Position numbers and translations under genes: made by a program
Part shown: positions 7,130 to 17,059 of the stretch, in pieces
Numbering within the stretch: position 1 is the stretch's first letter
How the letters are laid out: each line of letters opens with the position of its first letter
Origin: Cupriavidus necator
GTDB lineage: Bacteria > Pseudomonadota > Gammaproteobacteria > Burkholderiales > Burkholderiaceae
NCBI RefSeq assembly: GCF_016127575.1
Contig: NZ_CP066018.1
Coordinates: 1,650,001 to 1,682,000, forward strand
Length of the DNA stretch: 32,000 nt
Reading direction: 5' to 3'
The notes under the pieces: model-generated
Database searches by the model: none
Seen by the model: only the letters and a program-made list of their open reading frames with translations
What the model was told of the DNA's origin: nothing

Positions 7130-10100
7130 ATGGCCACCACCACTCTCGGCGTCAAGCTCGACGACGCCTCGCGCGACCGCCTCAAGCGCGTTGCCCAATC
7201 CATCGACCGCACGCCGCACTGGCTGATCAAGCAGGCTATCTTCACCTACCTCGAGCAGATCGAGCGCGGCCACCTGCCGCACGAGACCGGCGCCGCCGGT
7301 AGCGCCGACGCGGATGGCGCCGACGGAGCCGAGCTGGTCCATGGCGATGCGCCGCAGCCGTTCCTGGAGTTCGCCCAAAGCATCCAGCCGCAATCGGTGC
7401 TGCGTGCTGCCATTACCTCTGCCTATCGCCGCCCGGAAGCCGATTGCGTACCGGTGCTGCTGGAGCAGGCGCGCCTGCCGCAGCAGCAAGGCGAGGCCGC
7501 CATCAAGATGGCCAAGACCCTGGCCACGCGGCTGCGCGAGCAGAAGGTCGGCAGCGGCCGCGAGGGCCTGGTGCAGGGCCTGATCCAGGAATTCTCGCTG
7601 TCGTCGCAGGAAGGCGTGGCGCTGATGTGCCTGGCCGAGGCCCTGCTGCGCATCCCCGACAAGGCCACCCGCGACGCGCTGATCCGCGACAAGATCAGCG
7701 GCGCCAACTGGCAGTCGCACCTGGGCCAGAGCCCGTCGCTGTTCGTCAACGCCGCCACCTGGGGCCTGCTGCTGACCGGCAAGCTGGTCGCCACCCATAC
7801 CGAATCGGGCCTGACCAAGGCGCTCACGCGCATCATCGGCAAGGGCGGCGAGCCGCTGATCCGCAAGGGCGTGGACATGGCGATGCGCCTGATGGGCGAG
7901 CAGTTCGTCACCGGCGAGACCATTTCCGAGGCGCTGGCCAACGCGCGCAAGTACGAGGCCGAAGGCTTCCGCTACTCCTACGACATGCTGGGCGAGGCCG
8001 CCATGACCGAGGCCGACGCGCAGCGCTACCTGGCCTCGTACGAGCAGGCCATCCACGCCATCGGCCAGGCCTCGCGCGGGCGCGGCATCTATGAGGGCCC
8101 GGGCATCTCGATCAAGCTGTCGGCGCTGCACCCGCGCTACAGCCGCGCGCAGCATGAGCGCGTGGTGGGCGAGCTGTACGAGCGCCTGAAGTCGCTGACG
8201 CTGCTGGCACGCCAGTACGACATCGGCATCAATATCGACGCCGAGGAAGCCGACCGCCTGGAGATCTCGCTGGACCTGCTCGAGCGCCTGTGCTTCGAGC
8301 CCGAGCTGGCGGGCTGGAACGGCATCGGCTTCGTGGTGCAGGGCTACCAGAAGCGCTGCCCGTTCGTGATCGACTACCTGATCGACCTGGCCCGCCGCAG
8401 CCGCCACCGCCTGATGATCCGCCTGGTCAAGGGCGCCTACTGGGACAGCGAGATCAAGCGCGCCCAGCTCGACGGGCTGGAGGGCTACCCGGTCTACACG
8501 CGCAAGGTCTACACCGACGTGTCGTACATCGCCTGCGCGCGCAAGCTGCTGTCGGTGCCGGACGCGATCTACCCGCAGTTCGCCACGCACAATGCGCATA
8601 CGCTGTCGGCCATCTACCAGATCGCTGGCCACAGCTACTATCCCGGCCAGTATGAGTTCCAGTGCCTGCACGGCATGGGCGAGCCGCTGTACGACCAGGT
8701 GGTTGGCGCCACCGCGGACGGCAAGTTCAACCGCCCGTGCCGCATCTACGCGCCGGTCGGCACGCATGAAACGCTGCTGGCCTACCTGGTGCGCCGCCTG
8801 CTGGAGAATGGCGCCAATACCTCGTTCGTGAACCGCATCGCCGACGACACCATCTCGCTGGACGAGCTGGTGGCCGACCCGGTCGCCGTGGTCGAAGCCA
8901 TGCACCGCGAAGAAGGCGTGCTGGGCCTGCCGCACCCGCGCATCCCGTCGCCGCGCACGCTGTACGGCAAGAGCCGCCCCAATTCGGCCGGCATCGATCT
9001 CGCGAACGAGCATCGCCTGGCGTCGCTGTCGTCGGCGCTGCTGGCAGGCACCAGCGAGCGCTTCGTGGCCGAGCCGCTGCTCGGCGCCGAGGTACCGCGC
9101 GCAGCCGACGCCATCACCACGCCGGTGCTGAACCCGGCCGACCACCGCGATGTGGTGGGCCATGTCACCGAGGCCGGCCAGGCCGAGGTCGACGCCGCGC
9201 TGCAGGCCGCCATCAACGCCGCGCCGATCTGGCAGGCGACGCCGCCGGACGTGCGCGCGGCCGCGCTGGAGCGCGCCGCCGACCTGATGGAAGCCCAGAT
9301 GCAGTCGCTGATGGGCATCATCATGCGCGAGGCCGGCAAGACCTTCTCCAACGCCATCGCCGAAGTGCGCGAAGCCGTGGACTTCCTGCGCTACTACGCC
9401 GCCGAGGTGCGCCGCAGCTTCGACAACGAGACCCACCGCCCGCTGGGCCCGGTGGTCTGCATCAGCCCGTGGAACTTCCCGCTGGCGATCTTCACCGGCC
9501 AGGTGGCCGCGGCGCTGGCCGCCGGCAACCCGGTGCTGGCCAAGCCCGCCGAGCAGACCCCGCTGATCGCCGCCGCCGCCGTGCGCCTGCTGCGCGAAGC
9601 CGGCGTTCCGGCCGGCGCGGTGCAGCTGCTGCCGGGCCGCGGCGAGACCGTGGGCGCCGCGCTGGTCGGCGACGCCCGCGTCAAGGGTGTGATGTTCACC
9701 GGCTCGACCGAAGTCGCGCGCATCCTGCAGCGCAACGTCGCCGGCCGCCTCGACGCCGCCGGCCGCCCGATCCCGCTGATCGCGGAGACCGGCGGACAGA
9801 ACGCGATGATCGTCGACTCGTCGGCGCTGGCTGAACAGGTGGTGGGCGATGTCCTCAGCTCCGCTTTCGATTCGGCCGGCCAGCGCTGCTCGGCGCTGCG
9901 CGTGCTGTGCCTGCAGGAAGACGTGGCCGACCGCGTGCTGGAAATGCTCAAGGGCGCCATGCAGGAACTGAACATGGCCAATCCGGACCGGCTCTCGACC
10001 GACGTCGGCCCGGTGATCGACGACGAAGCGCGCGGCAATATCGTGCGCCATGTCGATGCCATGCGCGCCAAGGGCCGCCGTGTCCATCAGGCCGACCCCA

Positions 10101-11095
10101 ACGCCGCGCAGGGCGCCAGCTGCCGCAACGGCACCTTCGTGCCGCCGACGCTGATCGAACTGGATAGCATCGAGGAACTCAAGCGCGAGGTGTTCGGCCC
10201 GGTGCTGCACGTGGTGCGCTTTCCGCGCGCGGCGCTGGACACCATGGTCAGCCAGATCAACGCCACCGGCTACGGCCTGACGCTGGGCATCCATACCCGC
10301 ATCGACGAGACCATCTCGCACATCGTCAGCCGTGCCCATGTGGGCAACCTGTATGTCAACCGCAATATCGTCGGCGCCGTGGTGGGCGTGCAGCCCTTCG
10401 GCGGCGAAGGCCTGTCGGGCACCGGCCCGAAGGCGGGCGGCCCGCTGTACCTGCACCGCCTGCTGTCGGTCTGCCCGCAGGACGCGGTGGTACGCAGCGT
10501 GCGCGCGTCGGAAGCAGGCGGCGGCGCCGAGGCGGCCACGCTGCGCGACGAGGCCGCAGCGGCCTTCCAGGCCTGGGCCAGGGCCGAGCTGCCGGCGGTG
10601 GCCGCCGCCTGCGAGCGCCTGGCCGAGGCCTCGCCCTCGGGCCTGACCGTGACGCTGCCCGGCCCCACCGGCGAGCGCAACACCTACACCCTGCTGCCGC
10701 GCGAGCACGTGCTGTGCCTGGCCACGCAGGAGGCCGATCTGGCGCTGCAGCTGGGCGCCGTGCTGACCGTCGGCGCAGACGCCGTATGGCCGGAAAACCC
10801 TGTCAGCCGGGGGCTGTTTGCGCGCCTGCCTAAGGGCGTACAATCGCGCGTCCGCATGGTGGCCGACTGGACCGCGGCGGACATCGCTATCGATGCGGTG
10901 CTGCACCACGGAGATTCCGACCAGCTGCGCACGGTGTGCGAGCAGGTGGCGGTGCGCCCCGGTCCGATCATCGGCGTGCAGGGCCTGGCGCAAGGTGAAC
11001 CGAATATCGCGCTCGACCGTTTGCTGATCGAGCGCTCGCTTTCGGTCAACACCGCAGCCGCGGGCGGCAATGCCAGTTTGATGACGATCGGCTGA
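7130..11095 (+). CDS. putA: Trifunctional PutA: RHH repressor / proline dehydrogenase / P5C dehydrogenase
   Basis: MATTTLGVKLDDASRDRLKRVAQSIDRTPHWLIKQAIFTYLEQIE closely matches the E. coli PutA N-terminus. The C-terminal half has aldehyde dehydrogenase motifs (FTGSTEVA, ETGGQNA, GQRCSA). ATG 7130 follows GGAGA (7116-7120). About 1321 aa, like E. coli PutA. Confidence 0.97.
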   Translation: MATTTLGVKLDDASRDRLKRVAQSIDRTPHWLIKQAIFTYLEQIERGHLPHETGAAGSADADGADGAELVHGDAPQPFLEFAQSIQPQSVLRAAITSAYRRPEADCVPVLLEQARLPQQQGEAAIKMAKTLATRLREQKVGSGREGLVQGLIQEFSLSSQEGVALMCLAEALLRIPDKATRDALIRDKISGANWQSHLGQSPSLFVNAATWGLLLTGKLVATHTESGLTKALTRIIGKGGEPLIRKGVDMAMRLMGEQFVTGETISEALANARKYEAEGFRYSYDMLGEAAMTEADAQRYLASYEQAIHAIGQASRGRGIYEGPGISIKLSALHPRYSRAQHERVVGELYERLKSLTLLARQYDIGINIDAEEADRLEISLDLLERLCFEPELAGWNGIGFVVQGYQKRCPFVIDYLIDLARRSRHRLMIRLVKGAYWDSEIKRAQLDGLEGYPVYTRKVYTDVSYIACARKLLSVPDAIYPQFATHNAHTLSAIYQIAGHSYYPGQYEFQCLHGMGEPLYDQVVGATADGKFNRPCRIYAPVGTHETLLAYLVRRLLENGANTSFVNRIADDTISLDELVADPVAVVEAMHREEGVLGLPHPRIPSPRTLYGKSRPNSAGIDLANEHRLASLSSALLAGTSERFVAEPLLGAEVPRAADAITTPVLNPADHRDVVGHVTEAGQAEVDAALQAAINAAPIWQATPPDVRAAALERAADLMEAQMQSLMGIIMREAGKTFSNAIAEVREAVDFLRYYAAEVRRSFDNETHRPLGPVVCISPWNFPLAIFTGQVAAALAAGNPVLAKPAEQTPLIAAAAVRLLREAGVPAGAVQLLPGRGETVGAALVGDARVKGVMFTGSTEVARILQRNVAGRLDAAGRPIPLIAETGGQNAMIVDSSALAEQVVGDVLSSAFDSAGQRCSALRVLCLQEDVADRVLEMLKGAMQELNMANPDRLSTDVGPVIDDEARGNIVRHVDAMRAKGRRVHQADPNAAQGASCRNGTFVPPTLIELDSIEELKREVFGPVLHVVRFPRAALDTMVSQINATGYGLTLGIHTRIDETISHIVSRAHVGNLYVNRNIVGAVVGVQPFGGEGLSGTGPKAGGPLYLHRLLSVCPQDAVVRSVRASEAGGGAEAATLRDEAAAAFQAWARAELPAVAAACERLAEASPSGLTVTLPGPTGERNTYTLLPREHVLCLATQEADLALQLGAVLTVGADAVWPENPVSRGLFARLPKGVQSRVRMVADWTAADIAIDAVLHHGDSDQLRTVCEQVAVRPGPIIGVQGLAQGEPNIALDRLLIERSLSVNTAAAGGNASLMTIG

Positions 11096-11250
11096 GGCAA
11101 CCCTCGGACCTCGTCATGTCGAAGCACGCAGCGGTGGCGGCGATCCCGCCCGGTTGCGTATTGAAACAAGGTGCGGCACTGCCAGGCTGCACCGCTATAA
11201 CTGCCGGCAACGGCACCACATCGGCACCATTTGGGACCCAAGGAGATCTG

Positions 11251-12402
11251 ATGAGCTCGACATTCCACAAGACGGCAATGACCGTTGCCCTGACCCTGGC
11301 TGGCCTGACCGCCGCCTCCGCCGCGTTCGCGCAGGCCCAGGAAATCAAGCTGGGCTTTGCCGGCCCGATGACCGGCGGCCAGGCGCAGTACGGCAAGGAC
11401 ATGCAGAACGGCATCGTCCTCGCGATCGAGGACATGAACGCCACCAAGCCCAAGATCGGCGGCAAGGAAGTCAAGTTCGTGCTGGTCTCAGAAGACGACC
11501 AGGCCGACCCGAAGACCGGCTCGGTGGTGGCGCAGAAGCTGGTGGATAACGGCATCCAGGGCATGCTCGGCCACTTCAACTCGGGCACCACCATCCCGGC
11601 GTCGATGGTCTACAACCGCGCCGGCATTCCGCAGATCGCCATGGCGACCGCGCCGGAATACACCAAGCAAGGCTTCAAGACCACCTTCCGCATGATGACC
11701 TCCGACACCCAGCAGGGCTCGGTGATCGGCGCCTTCGTGGTGAAGAAGCTGGGCGCGAAGAACATCGCCATCGTCGATGACCGCACCGCGTACGGCCAGG
11801 GCCTGGCCGACGAGTTCGAGAAGGCCGCCAAGGCCGCCGGCGGCAAGATCGTGCGCCGCGAGTTCACCAACGACAAGGCGGTGGACTTCAAGGCCGTGCT
11901 GACCAACATCAAGCGCAGCAACCCGGACATCATCTTCTACGGCGGCGCCGAGACCCAGTCCGCGCCGATGGCCAAGCAGGTCAAGGAACTGGGCATGAAG
12001 GCCCCGCTGGTGTCGGGCGAAATGTCCAAGACCGACAACTTCCTGAAGCTCGCCGGCCCGGCCGCCGAAGGCACCGTGGTGTCGCTGGCCGGCCTGCCGC
12101 TGGACCAGATGCCTGGCGGCTCCACGTACGAGAAGAAGTACGAGAAGCGCTTTGGCTCGAAGGTGCAGACCTACTCGCCGTACGCCTACGACGGCGCCAC
12201 CGCGATGATGTCGGCCATGGTCAAGGCCGGCTCGACCGACCCGGCGCGCTACCTGCCGGTGCTGGCTGCTACCAATATGCAGGGCGTGACCACCAAGACG
12301 CTGGCGTATGACGCGCGCGGCGACCTGAAGGATGGTGGTATCACTGTCTATAAGGTGGTTGGCGGCAAGTGGACGGTGCTGGAGACGGTTGGCGGGAAGT
12401 AA
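11251..12402 (+). CDS. Periplasmic branched-chain amino acid-type (LivK/BraC family) ABC substrate-binding protein, solitary
   Basis: Sec signal MSSTFHKTAMTVALTLAGLTAASAAFAQA, then QEIKLGFAGPMTGGQAQYGKDMQNG..., typical of the Peripla_BP_6 family. AGGAGA (11241-11246) precedes ATG 11251. No permease or ATPase genes are adjacent. Confidence 0.9.
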   Translation: MSSTFHKTAMTVALTLAGLTAASAAFAQAQEIKLGFAGPMTGGQAQYGKDMQNGIVLAIEDMNATKPKIGGKEVKFVLVSEDDQADPKTGSVVAQKLVDNGIQGMLGHFNSGTTIPASMVYNRAGIPQIAMATAPEYTKQGFKTTFRMMTSDTQQGSVIGAFVVKKLGAKNIAIVDDRTAYGQGLADEFEKAAKAAGGKIVRREFTNDKAVDFKAVLTNIKRSNPDIIFYGGAETQSAPMAKQVKELGMKAPLVSGEMSKTDNFLKLAGPAAEGTVVSLAGLPLDQMPGGSTYEKKYEKRFGSKVQTYSPYAYDGATAMMSAMVKAGSTDPARYLPVLAATNMQGVTTKTLAYDARGDLKDGGITVYKVVGGKWTVLETVGGK

Positions 12403-12429
12403 GCTGCTGGCTGGTTTTGGCTATGGGAG

Positions 12430-12460
12430 AACGCTGCCTTTGGGTGGCGTTTTTTCTTTT
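12430..12460 (+). terminator. Rho-independent terminator after the binding-protein gene
   Basis: AACGCTGCC (12430-12438), loop TTTG, GGTGGCGTT (12443-12451, 9 bp including 2 G-U pairs), then TTTTTCTTTT to 12460. Confidence 0.75.
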
Positions 12461-12556
12461 GGGGGCTTGGCGGCAAGCCTCCCAAACAATTCCGTATCTC
12501 CCCCATTGGCGCATAATCCCGCACTCGCACATTTTTTCAATCCATAGGAGCAGTAC

Positions 12557-14521
12557 GTGTCCGAGCAGGAAGCCAGCTACGACCACGCCATCGGGCTAGC
12601 CAACCAGGGGCGCTTCACCGAAGCCCTGCAGATTGCCGACCAGCTGTCGCAGGCCCGCCCCGAGGTGGTTGATTTCGTCACGCTGCGGGCGCGGCTGCAC
12701 TTTGACAACGGTGACGCCAACGCCGCGCTGGCGGTGCTGGACGAGGCGCTGGCGCGGCTTGACACGCTGCCGCTGCAGCCGCCGCACCGCTGGGCCTCGC
12801 GCGGGGTGATCGCGCACCGCTACGGCGCCATGCTGATGAGCCTGGGCCGCGATGCCGAGGCGCGCCCGTGGCTGCATGAGGCCGCGCAACGCAGCGGCCT
12901 GCTGACGGGCGAATGGGCCGCGCATTTCCACGCCGGCCTGGCCGCGCTGCGCATGGGCGACATGGCCGCCGCGGCACGCTACTGGCATGACCTGATGGTC
13001 CGCAATCCCGACCTGGGCGCAGATGACATCGCACCACTGGTGACGGACTACATCGCCCGGGCCGAGGCCGCCGGCGTTCCGGTGGAGCCCCTGATGCGCG
13101 TCTGCCTGGGCCGCGTGGCCCTGGACAATCCGCATCTGCTGGAGCTCGATCCCGCAGCCGGTGACGCCGTGGCCGCCGACCAGGCCGCCCGTGTGCTGGC
13201 CGAGCACCCTGACCACCCCGAGGCGCGCCGCCTGCGTGCACCGCTGCGCCACGGCGTGGGCGACGTCCAGGGGGCACTGGACGACCTGGCGGTCTACCTG
13301 CGCCAGGTGCCCGACCCGCAGAGCCAGGTACGCGAACTGGCCTGGCGCCACCAGCTGGCGCAGCGCGCCGACAGCACCCAGCCGGCCGATCGCGAGCCGT
13401 GGCTGCGCTTCACGCTGACCGACCAGTCCGACGACGGTGCCGGCTACTACCGCGCCGCCATGGCGCTGGGCGAGTTCATCGACGAGGTGCCGGCCGCCGA
13501 GGCCGCGCTGCGGCCGGTGCTTGTGCAGGCCGGCCGTGCCGGCGTGGCGCGCTTCGACCAGTATTTCGCCACCGGCCAGGGCGATGCCGCGGGGCACGGC
13601 GGCAATGCCGACCCGCATGTCTATTCGCTGCTTTGCCGGCTGCTGTCGCGCAGCCTGCCGGCCGACGCCGCGCACGTGGACGAGCGCATCGCGCTGCACC
13701 AGCAGGGCATGGCCGCCAGCGAGTTCATCGATCACTGGATCGACCTGCTCGACTGCCACGCCGACGCCGGCCAGCACCAGAAAGTAGCCGAGCTGGCCGG
13801 CGAGGTGCTCAACCGCTACCCGCTGGAGCGTAACCCGGCCGACGTGACCTGGGCCTTCAGCCGCATGATCGCGGCCTTGAAGGCCATGGGCGGCGCCGAG
13901 CCGACCGAGGCCGCCCGTGCCGCGATGATGCATATGGATGCCCGGCTGGACGCGCTGCCGGTGGAAGCCCGCAGCGAGGCCGCGCACCCGATGGCGCATG
14001 CGCGCGCGCACTTTGCCGCGCTGCTGCAGGCGCAGGCGGCCGGCATGGACGAGCACGACCGCACCGATGCCCTGGCCGAGATCGAGGCCCAGCAGCGCCG
14101 CGCGCTGCTGGTCGAGGACGCCTGGCTGTACAACCGCTTCGGCCAGGTCTGGCGCGACGCGGGCGAGCCCGAGCGCGCGCTGCCGCTGTTCGAACAGGCC
14201 GTGGCGCTGACCGAGGGCGATCCGCTGGACCAGGCCGGCCCGCGCGTGCAGCGCGGGCTGGTCCACCATGCAGCGCGGCGCCACGATGCCGCGCTGGCCG
14301 ACTTTATCGCAGCCTTCGCCGTGCGTGACGACTGGGATGCCGAGGTGTACCTGCGCGCGGTGCAGTCGGCGCTTGGCCTGGACCAGCGTGAAACCGCGCT
14401 GGGGTATTTCGAAAAGGCCCGTGCCCGCGGGGCCGCGCAGGGCTCGACGCGCACTTTGTACGCACAGGTGGAGGCCGCGCTCAAGGCAACCCGCCCGATG
14501 TGGAAAGTCTGGGGCGTCTGA
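12557..14521 (+). CDS. TPR-repeat protein of unknown function (654 aa, cytoplasmic)
   Basis: GTG start at 12557, 5 nt after AGGAG (12547-12551). Composition is natural and TPR-like helical repeats occur at both ends (AIGLANQGRFTEALQIADQL..., ...LYNRFGQVWRDAGEPERALPLFEQAVAL...). The mirror minus-strand ORF 12596..14578 is Arg/Gly/Gln-rich junk. Terminators flank the gene on both sides. Confidence 0.75.
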   Translation: MSEQEASYDHAIGLANQGRFTEALQIADQLSQARPEVVDFVTLRARLHFDNGDANAALAVLDEALARLDTLPLQPPHRWASRGVIAHRYGAMLMSLGRDAEARPWLHEAAQRSGLLTGEWAAHFHAGLAALRMGDMAAAARYWHDLMVRNPDLGADDIAPLVTDYIARAEAAGVPVEPLMRVCLGRVALDNPHLLELDPAAGDAVAADQAARVLAEHPDHPEARRLRAPLRHGVGDVQGALDDLAVYLRQVPDPQSQVRELAWRHQLAQRADSTQPADREPWLRFTLTDQSDDGAGYYRAAMALGEFIDEVPAAEAALRPVLVQAGRAGVARFDQYFATGQGDAAGHGGNADPHVYSLLCRLLSRSLPADAAHVDERIALHQQGMAASEFIDHWIDLLDCHADAGQHQKVAELAGEVLNRYPLERNPADVTWAFSRMIAALKAMGGAEPTEAARAAMMHMDARLDALPVEARSEAAHPMAHARAHFAALLQAQAAGMDEHDRTDALAEIEAQQRRALLVEDAWLYNRFGQVWRDAGEPERALPLFEQAVALTEGDPLDQAGPRVQRGLVHHAARRHDAALADFIAAFAVRDDWDAEVYLRAVQSALGLDQRETALGYFEKARARGAAQGSTRTLYAQVEAALKATRPMWKVWGV

Positions 14522-14566
14522 AACGTCGCTCCGGGCCGCCGAACGGTCTGAACATGTAAGGGATGT

Positions 14567-14596
14567 AAAAAACGCCATCCGGAGATGGCGTTTTTT
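14567..14596. terminator. Strong bidirectional rho-independent terminator
   Basis: AAAAAACGCCATC (14567-14579), loop CGGA, GATGGCGTTTTTT (14584-14596). This is a perfect 13-bp symmetric stem with A6/T6 arms. Confidence 0.88.
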
Positions 14597-14687
14597 ACGT
14601 GCAGATGACAGAAGTTGTGCGCGTGTTTTGTGCGGTGTCGGACAATCACTGACATGGATTGTGAAGTGCTTACATTACCATGTCGCC

Positions 14688-15914
14688 ATGAATGGACTGA
14701 GCCAACTTTTTCCAAGCCTCCCGCTCGCGCCCGGCGGCCTGTTCTGGGTCGGGCTGGCGCTGGTCGGCGCCGGCCTGGCCGGTGAGCTGAGCCGGCGCTG
14801 GCTGCGCTGCCCGCGCATCGTCGGGTATGCCGCGGCGGGGCTTTGCGCCGGCATGCTGGGGCGCGGCATCGTCGACGAGAACATGATCAACCAGACCCGT
14901 ATCCTGATCGATATGGCGCTGGCGCTGGCCTTGTTCGAACTCGGGCATCGCCTCTCGCTGACCTGGCTGCGCGCCAACCGCTGGCTGCTGCTGACCAGTG
15001 CCTTTGAAAGCCTGCTGACCTGGGGCCTGGTGGCGGCGGTGCTGCAATGGATCGGCGCCTCGCCCGGCGTGGCGATCCTGGCCGGCGGCATCGCGGTCAG
15101 CACCTCGCCCACCATCGTGCTGCAGCTCAAGAATGAGTTGCGCGCCGACGGCCAGGTCACCGAGCGCCTGATGGCGATGGCCGCACTCAACAGCATCTAC
15201 GCCGCCGCCATCGTGCAGGTCGCCACCGGCTGGCTGCATTCGGAATACGGCAACCTGGGCGCGGCGCTGCTGCATCCGCTGTACCTGCTGGTGGGCTCGT
15301 GCCTGCTGGCGTGGGTGGTGGGCAAGCTCGGCCATGCCATCTATGACCGCATGTCGGCCGACGACCACTACAGCTTCCTGGTGCTGGTGGGCCTGGTGCT
15401 GTTCACGCTGGCGCTGACCCGGGTACTAAAATTGTCGATGCCGCTGACGCTGATGCTGGCCGGTGTCGTGTTCAAGCACCAGGACAACCAGCCGCATGTG
15501 TGGCCGCCGCATTTCGGCAGCGCCGGCAGCCTGCTGATCATCGTGATGGTGGTGTCGCTGGGCCTGCCGCTGACGGCACAGGACTGGGCCGTGGGCGGCG
15601 TTTACGCCATCGCGCTGGTGGTGCTGCGCCATGTGGCCAAGCTGGCCGGCGTGGTCTCGCTGGGCTCGTTCTCGGGCCTGAGCCTGCGCCAGTGCATGGC
15701 GCTGGGGCTGGCGCTGGCGCCGATGTCGGGCCTCGCCTACCTGCTGATGCATGACGTGGCGCGGCTCTACCCCGGTACCGGCCAGCCGCTGGCGGCCATC
15801 ATCCTGTGCGCGCTGGCAATCGAACAACTTTTCGGTCCGGTGATCGCGGCCTGGGCGCTGCGCTACGCAGGCGAAGTCCGCGTCGACATCCGGGCCAATG
15901 GAGGAGGGCGCTGA
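14688..15914 (+). CDS. Cation:proton antiporter (CPA2 / Na+-H+ exchanger family membrane domain, no RCK/KTN domain)
   Basis: [58 protein letters not shown]... is followed by hydrophobic helices throughout the roughly 408 aa. The ORF-track start at 14268 overlaps the TPR gene and crosses the terminator, so ATG 14688 was chosen. Confidence 0.82.
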   Translation: MNGLSQLFPSLPLAPGGLFWVGLALVGAGLAGELSRRWLRCPRIVGYAAAGLCAGMLGRGIVDENMINQTRILIDMALALALFELGHRLSLTWLRANRWLLLTSAFESLLTWGLVAAVLQWIGASPGVAILAGGIAVSTSPTIVLQLKNELRADGQVTERLMAMAALNSIYAAAIVQVATGWLHSEYGNLGAALLHPLYLLVGSCLLAWVVGKLGHAIYDRMSADDHYSFLVLVGLVLFTLALTRVLKLSMPLTLMLAGVVFKHQDNQPHVWPPHFGSAGSLLIIVMVVSLGLPLTAQDWAVGGVYAIALVVLRHVAKLAGVVSLGSFSGLSLRQCMALGLALAPMSGLAYLLMHDVARLYPGTGQPLAAIILCALAIEQLFGPVIAAWALRYAGEVRVDIRANGGGR

Positions 15915-17029
15915 TGTCGCTCGAAACGTTCAAGCACTCTGAGGCGCTGACCTTCGGCGTGGAGCTGGAGCTGCAGCTGGTCAACCGGCATGACTATGAC
16001 CTGGCCCCGTTCGCGCCCGACCTGCTGCGCGCGCTCAAGGGCGCCGAGCATGCCGGCGACATCAAGCCGGAGATCAGCCCGTCGATGATCGAGATCAGCA
16101 CCGGGATCTGCCACACCTACCAGCAGGCGCTGGAAGAGCTGACCGTGATGCGCGACCTGATGGTGGCGGCCTCGCGCTCGCTGAACCTGGGCATTGCCGG
16201 CGGCGGCACCCACCCGTTCCAGCAGTGGGCCGACCGCACCATCTCGGATTCGCCGCGCTACCAGTACATCTCAGAGCTGTACGGCTACCTCGCCAAGCAG
16301 TTCACGGTGTTCGGCCAGCACGTGCATATCGGCTGCCCCAGCGCCGACGAATCGCTGTTCCTGCTGCACGCCATCGGCCGCTATGTGCCGCACTTTGTGG
16401 CGCTGGCGGCATCCTCGCCCTATGTGCAGGGCGTGGATACCGGCTTTGCCTCGGCGCGGCTGAATTCGGTCGCGGCCTTCCCGATGAGCGGGCGGGCGCC
16501 GTTCCTGCTGACGTGGGACGCCTTCACCGCGTATTTCGAGAAAATGCGCAATACCGGCGTGATCGAGAGCATGAAGGACTTCTACTGGGATATCCGGCCC
16601 AAGCCCGAGTTCGGCACCATCGAGGTCCGCGTGATGGACACGCCGCTGACGGTGCAGCGCGCCTGCGATATCGCCGCCTATATCCAGATGCTGGCGCGCT
16701 ACCTGCTGCTGTCGCGCCCCTTCATGCCGCAGGAAGACGATTACCTGGTGTACACCTTCAACCGCTTCCAGGCCTGCCGTTTCGGGCTGGAGGGGGAGTA
16801 CGTGCATCCCAACGAACTGACGCGCATGCCGATCGCCGACCACATCCTGTCGATCTGCGACGCGCTGGTGCCGCACGCCGAGGCACTCGGCTCGCTGGAG
16901 GCGCTGGCCAATATCCGCGCGCTGGCCGAGCGCCGCGACGGCGACGCCGAGTGGCTGCGCCAGGTCGATGCCGATGCGCGCAGCCAGCGTGAAACGGTGC
17001 GCAAGGCGTGTGACCGGTGGGCTGCCTGA
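15914..17029 (+). CDS. ybdK: Carboxylate-amine ligase YbdK (glutamate-cysteine ligase family 2)
   Basis: [30 protein letters not shown]...[10 protein letters not shown]...FGQHVHIG is the GCS2 family signature. ATG 15914-15916 overlaps the antiporter stop TGA 15912-15914. GGAGGAGGG lies at 15900-15908. Confidence 0.92.
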   Translation: MSLETFKHSEALTFGVELELQLVNRHDYDLAPFAPDLLRALKGAEHAGDIKPEISPSMIEISTGICHTYQQALEELTVMRDLMVAASRSLNLGIAGGGTHPFQQWADRTISDSPRYQYISELYGYLAKQFTVFGQHVHIGCPSADESLFLLHAIGRYVPHFVALAASSPYVQGVDTGFASARLNSVAAFPMSGRAPFLLTWDAFTAYFEKMRNTGVIESMKDFYWDIRPKPEFGTIEVRVMDTPLTVQRACDIAAYIQMLARYLLLSRPFMPQEDDYLVYTFNRFQACRFGLEGEYVHPNELTRMPIADHILSICDALVPHAEALGSLEALANIRALAERRDGDAEWLRQVDADARSQRETVRKACDRWAA

Positions 17030-17059
17030 GCCTGAGCCTGCGCCAGGCTGCCCCTTGTC

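Noticed and set aside
7040-10993. 1317-aa ORF on the minus strand spanning almost all of putA
   Set aside because: It exactly mirrors a gene with unambiguous homology (PutA). Its translation is Arg/Gly/Ala/Gln/His-rich low-information sequence, and it has no Shine-Dalgarno or independent boundaries. Long antisense ORFs are expected in GC3-rich genes because stop codons are depleted.
11172-11189. Possible sigma-54 promoter (GGCAC...GCTGCA) upstream of the binding-protein gene
   Set aside because: The GG-to-GC spacing is off by one or two nt from the TGGCAC-N5-TTGCW geometry, and the -12 element lacks TTGC.
12596-14578. 660-aa minus-strand ORF mirroring the TPR gene
   Set aside because: Neither strand has a homology anchor, so I compared them. 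The plus-strand product has balanced composition, amphipathic TPR-like repeats, a Shine-Dalgarno and flanking plus-oriented terminators. The minus-strand product is Arg/Gly/Gln/His-rich and would run through the 14567-14596 terminator.
14268-14687. 140-codon N-terminal extension of the antiporter ORF; similar extensions of ybdK (15806), rep (26864), gcvT (26062), the LivK-like gene (11116), the esterase (1899) and the hydrolase (18700)
   Set aside because: The extensions overlap upstream genes or cross terminators and riboswitch elements, are Arg/Pro-rich, and place the start far from any Shine-Dalgarno. Internal starts align with homologue N-termini or signal peptides.
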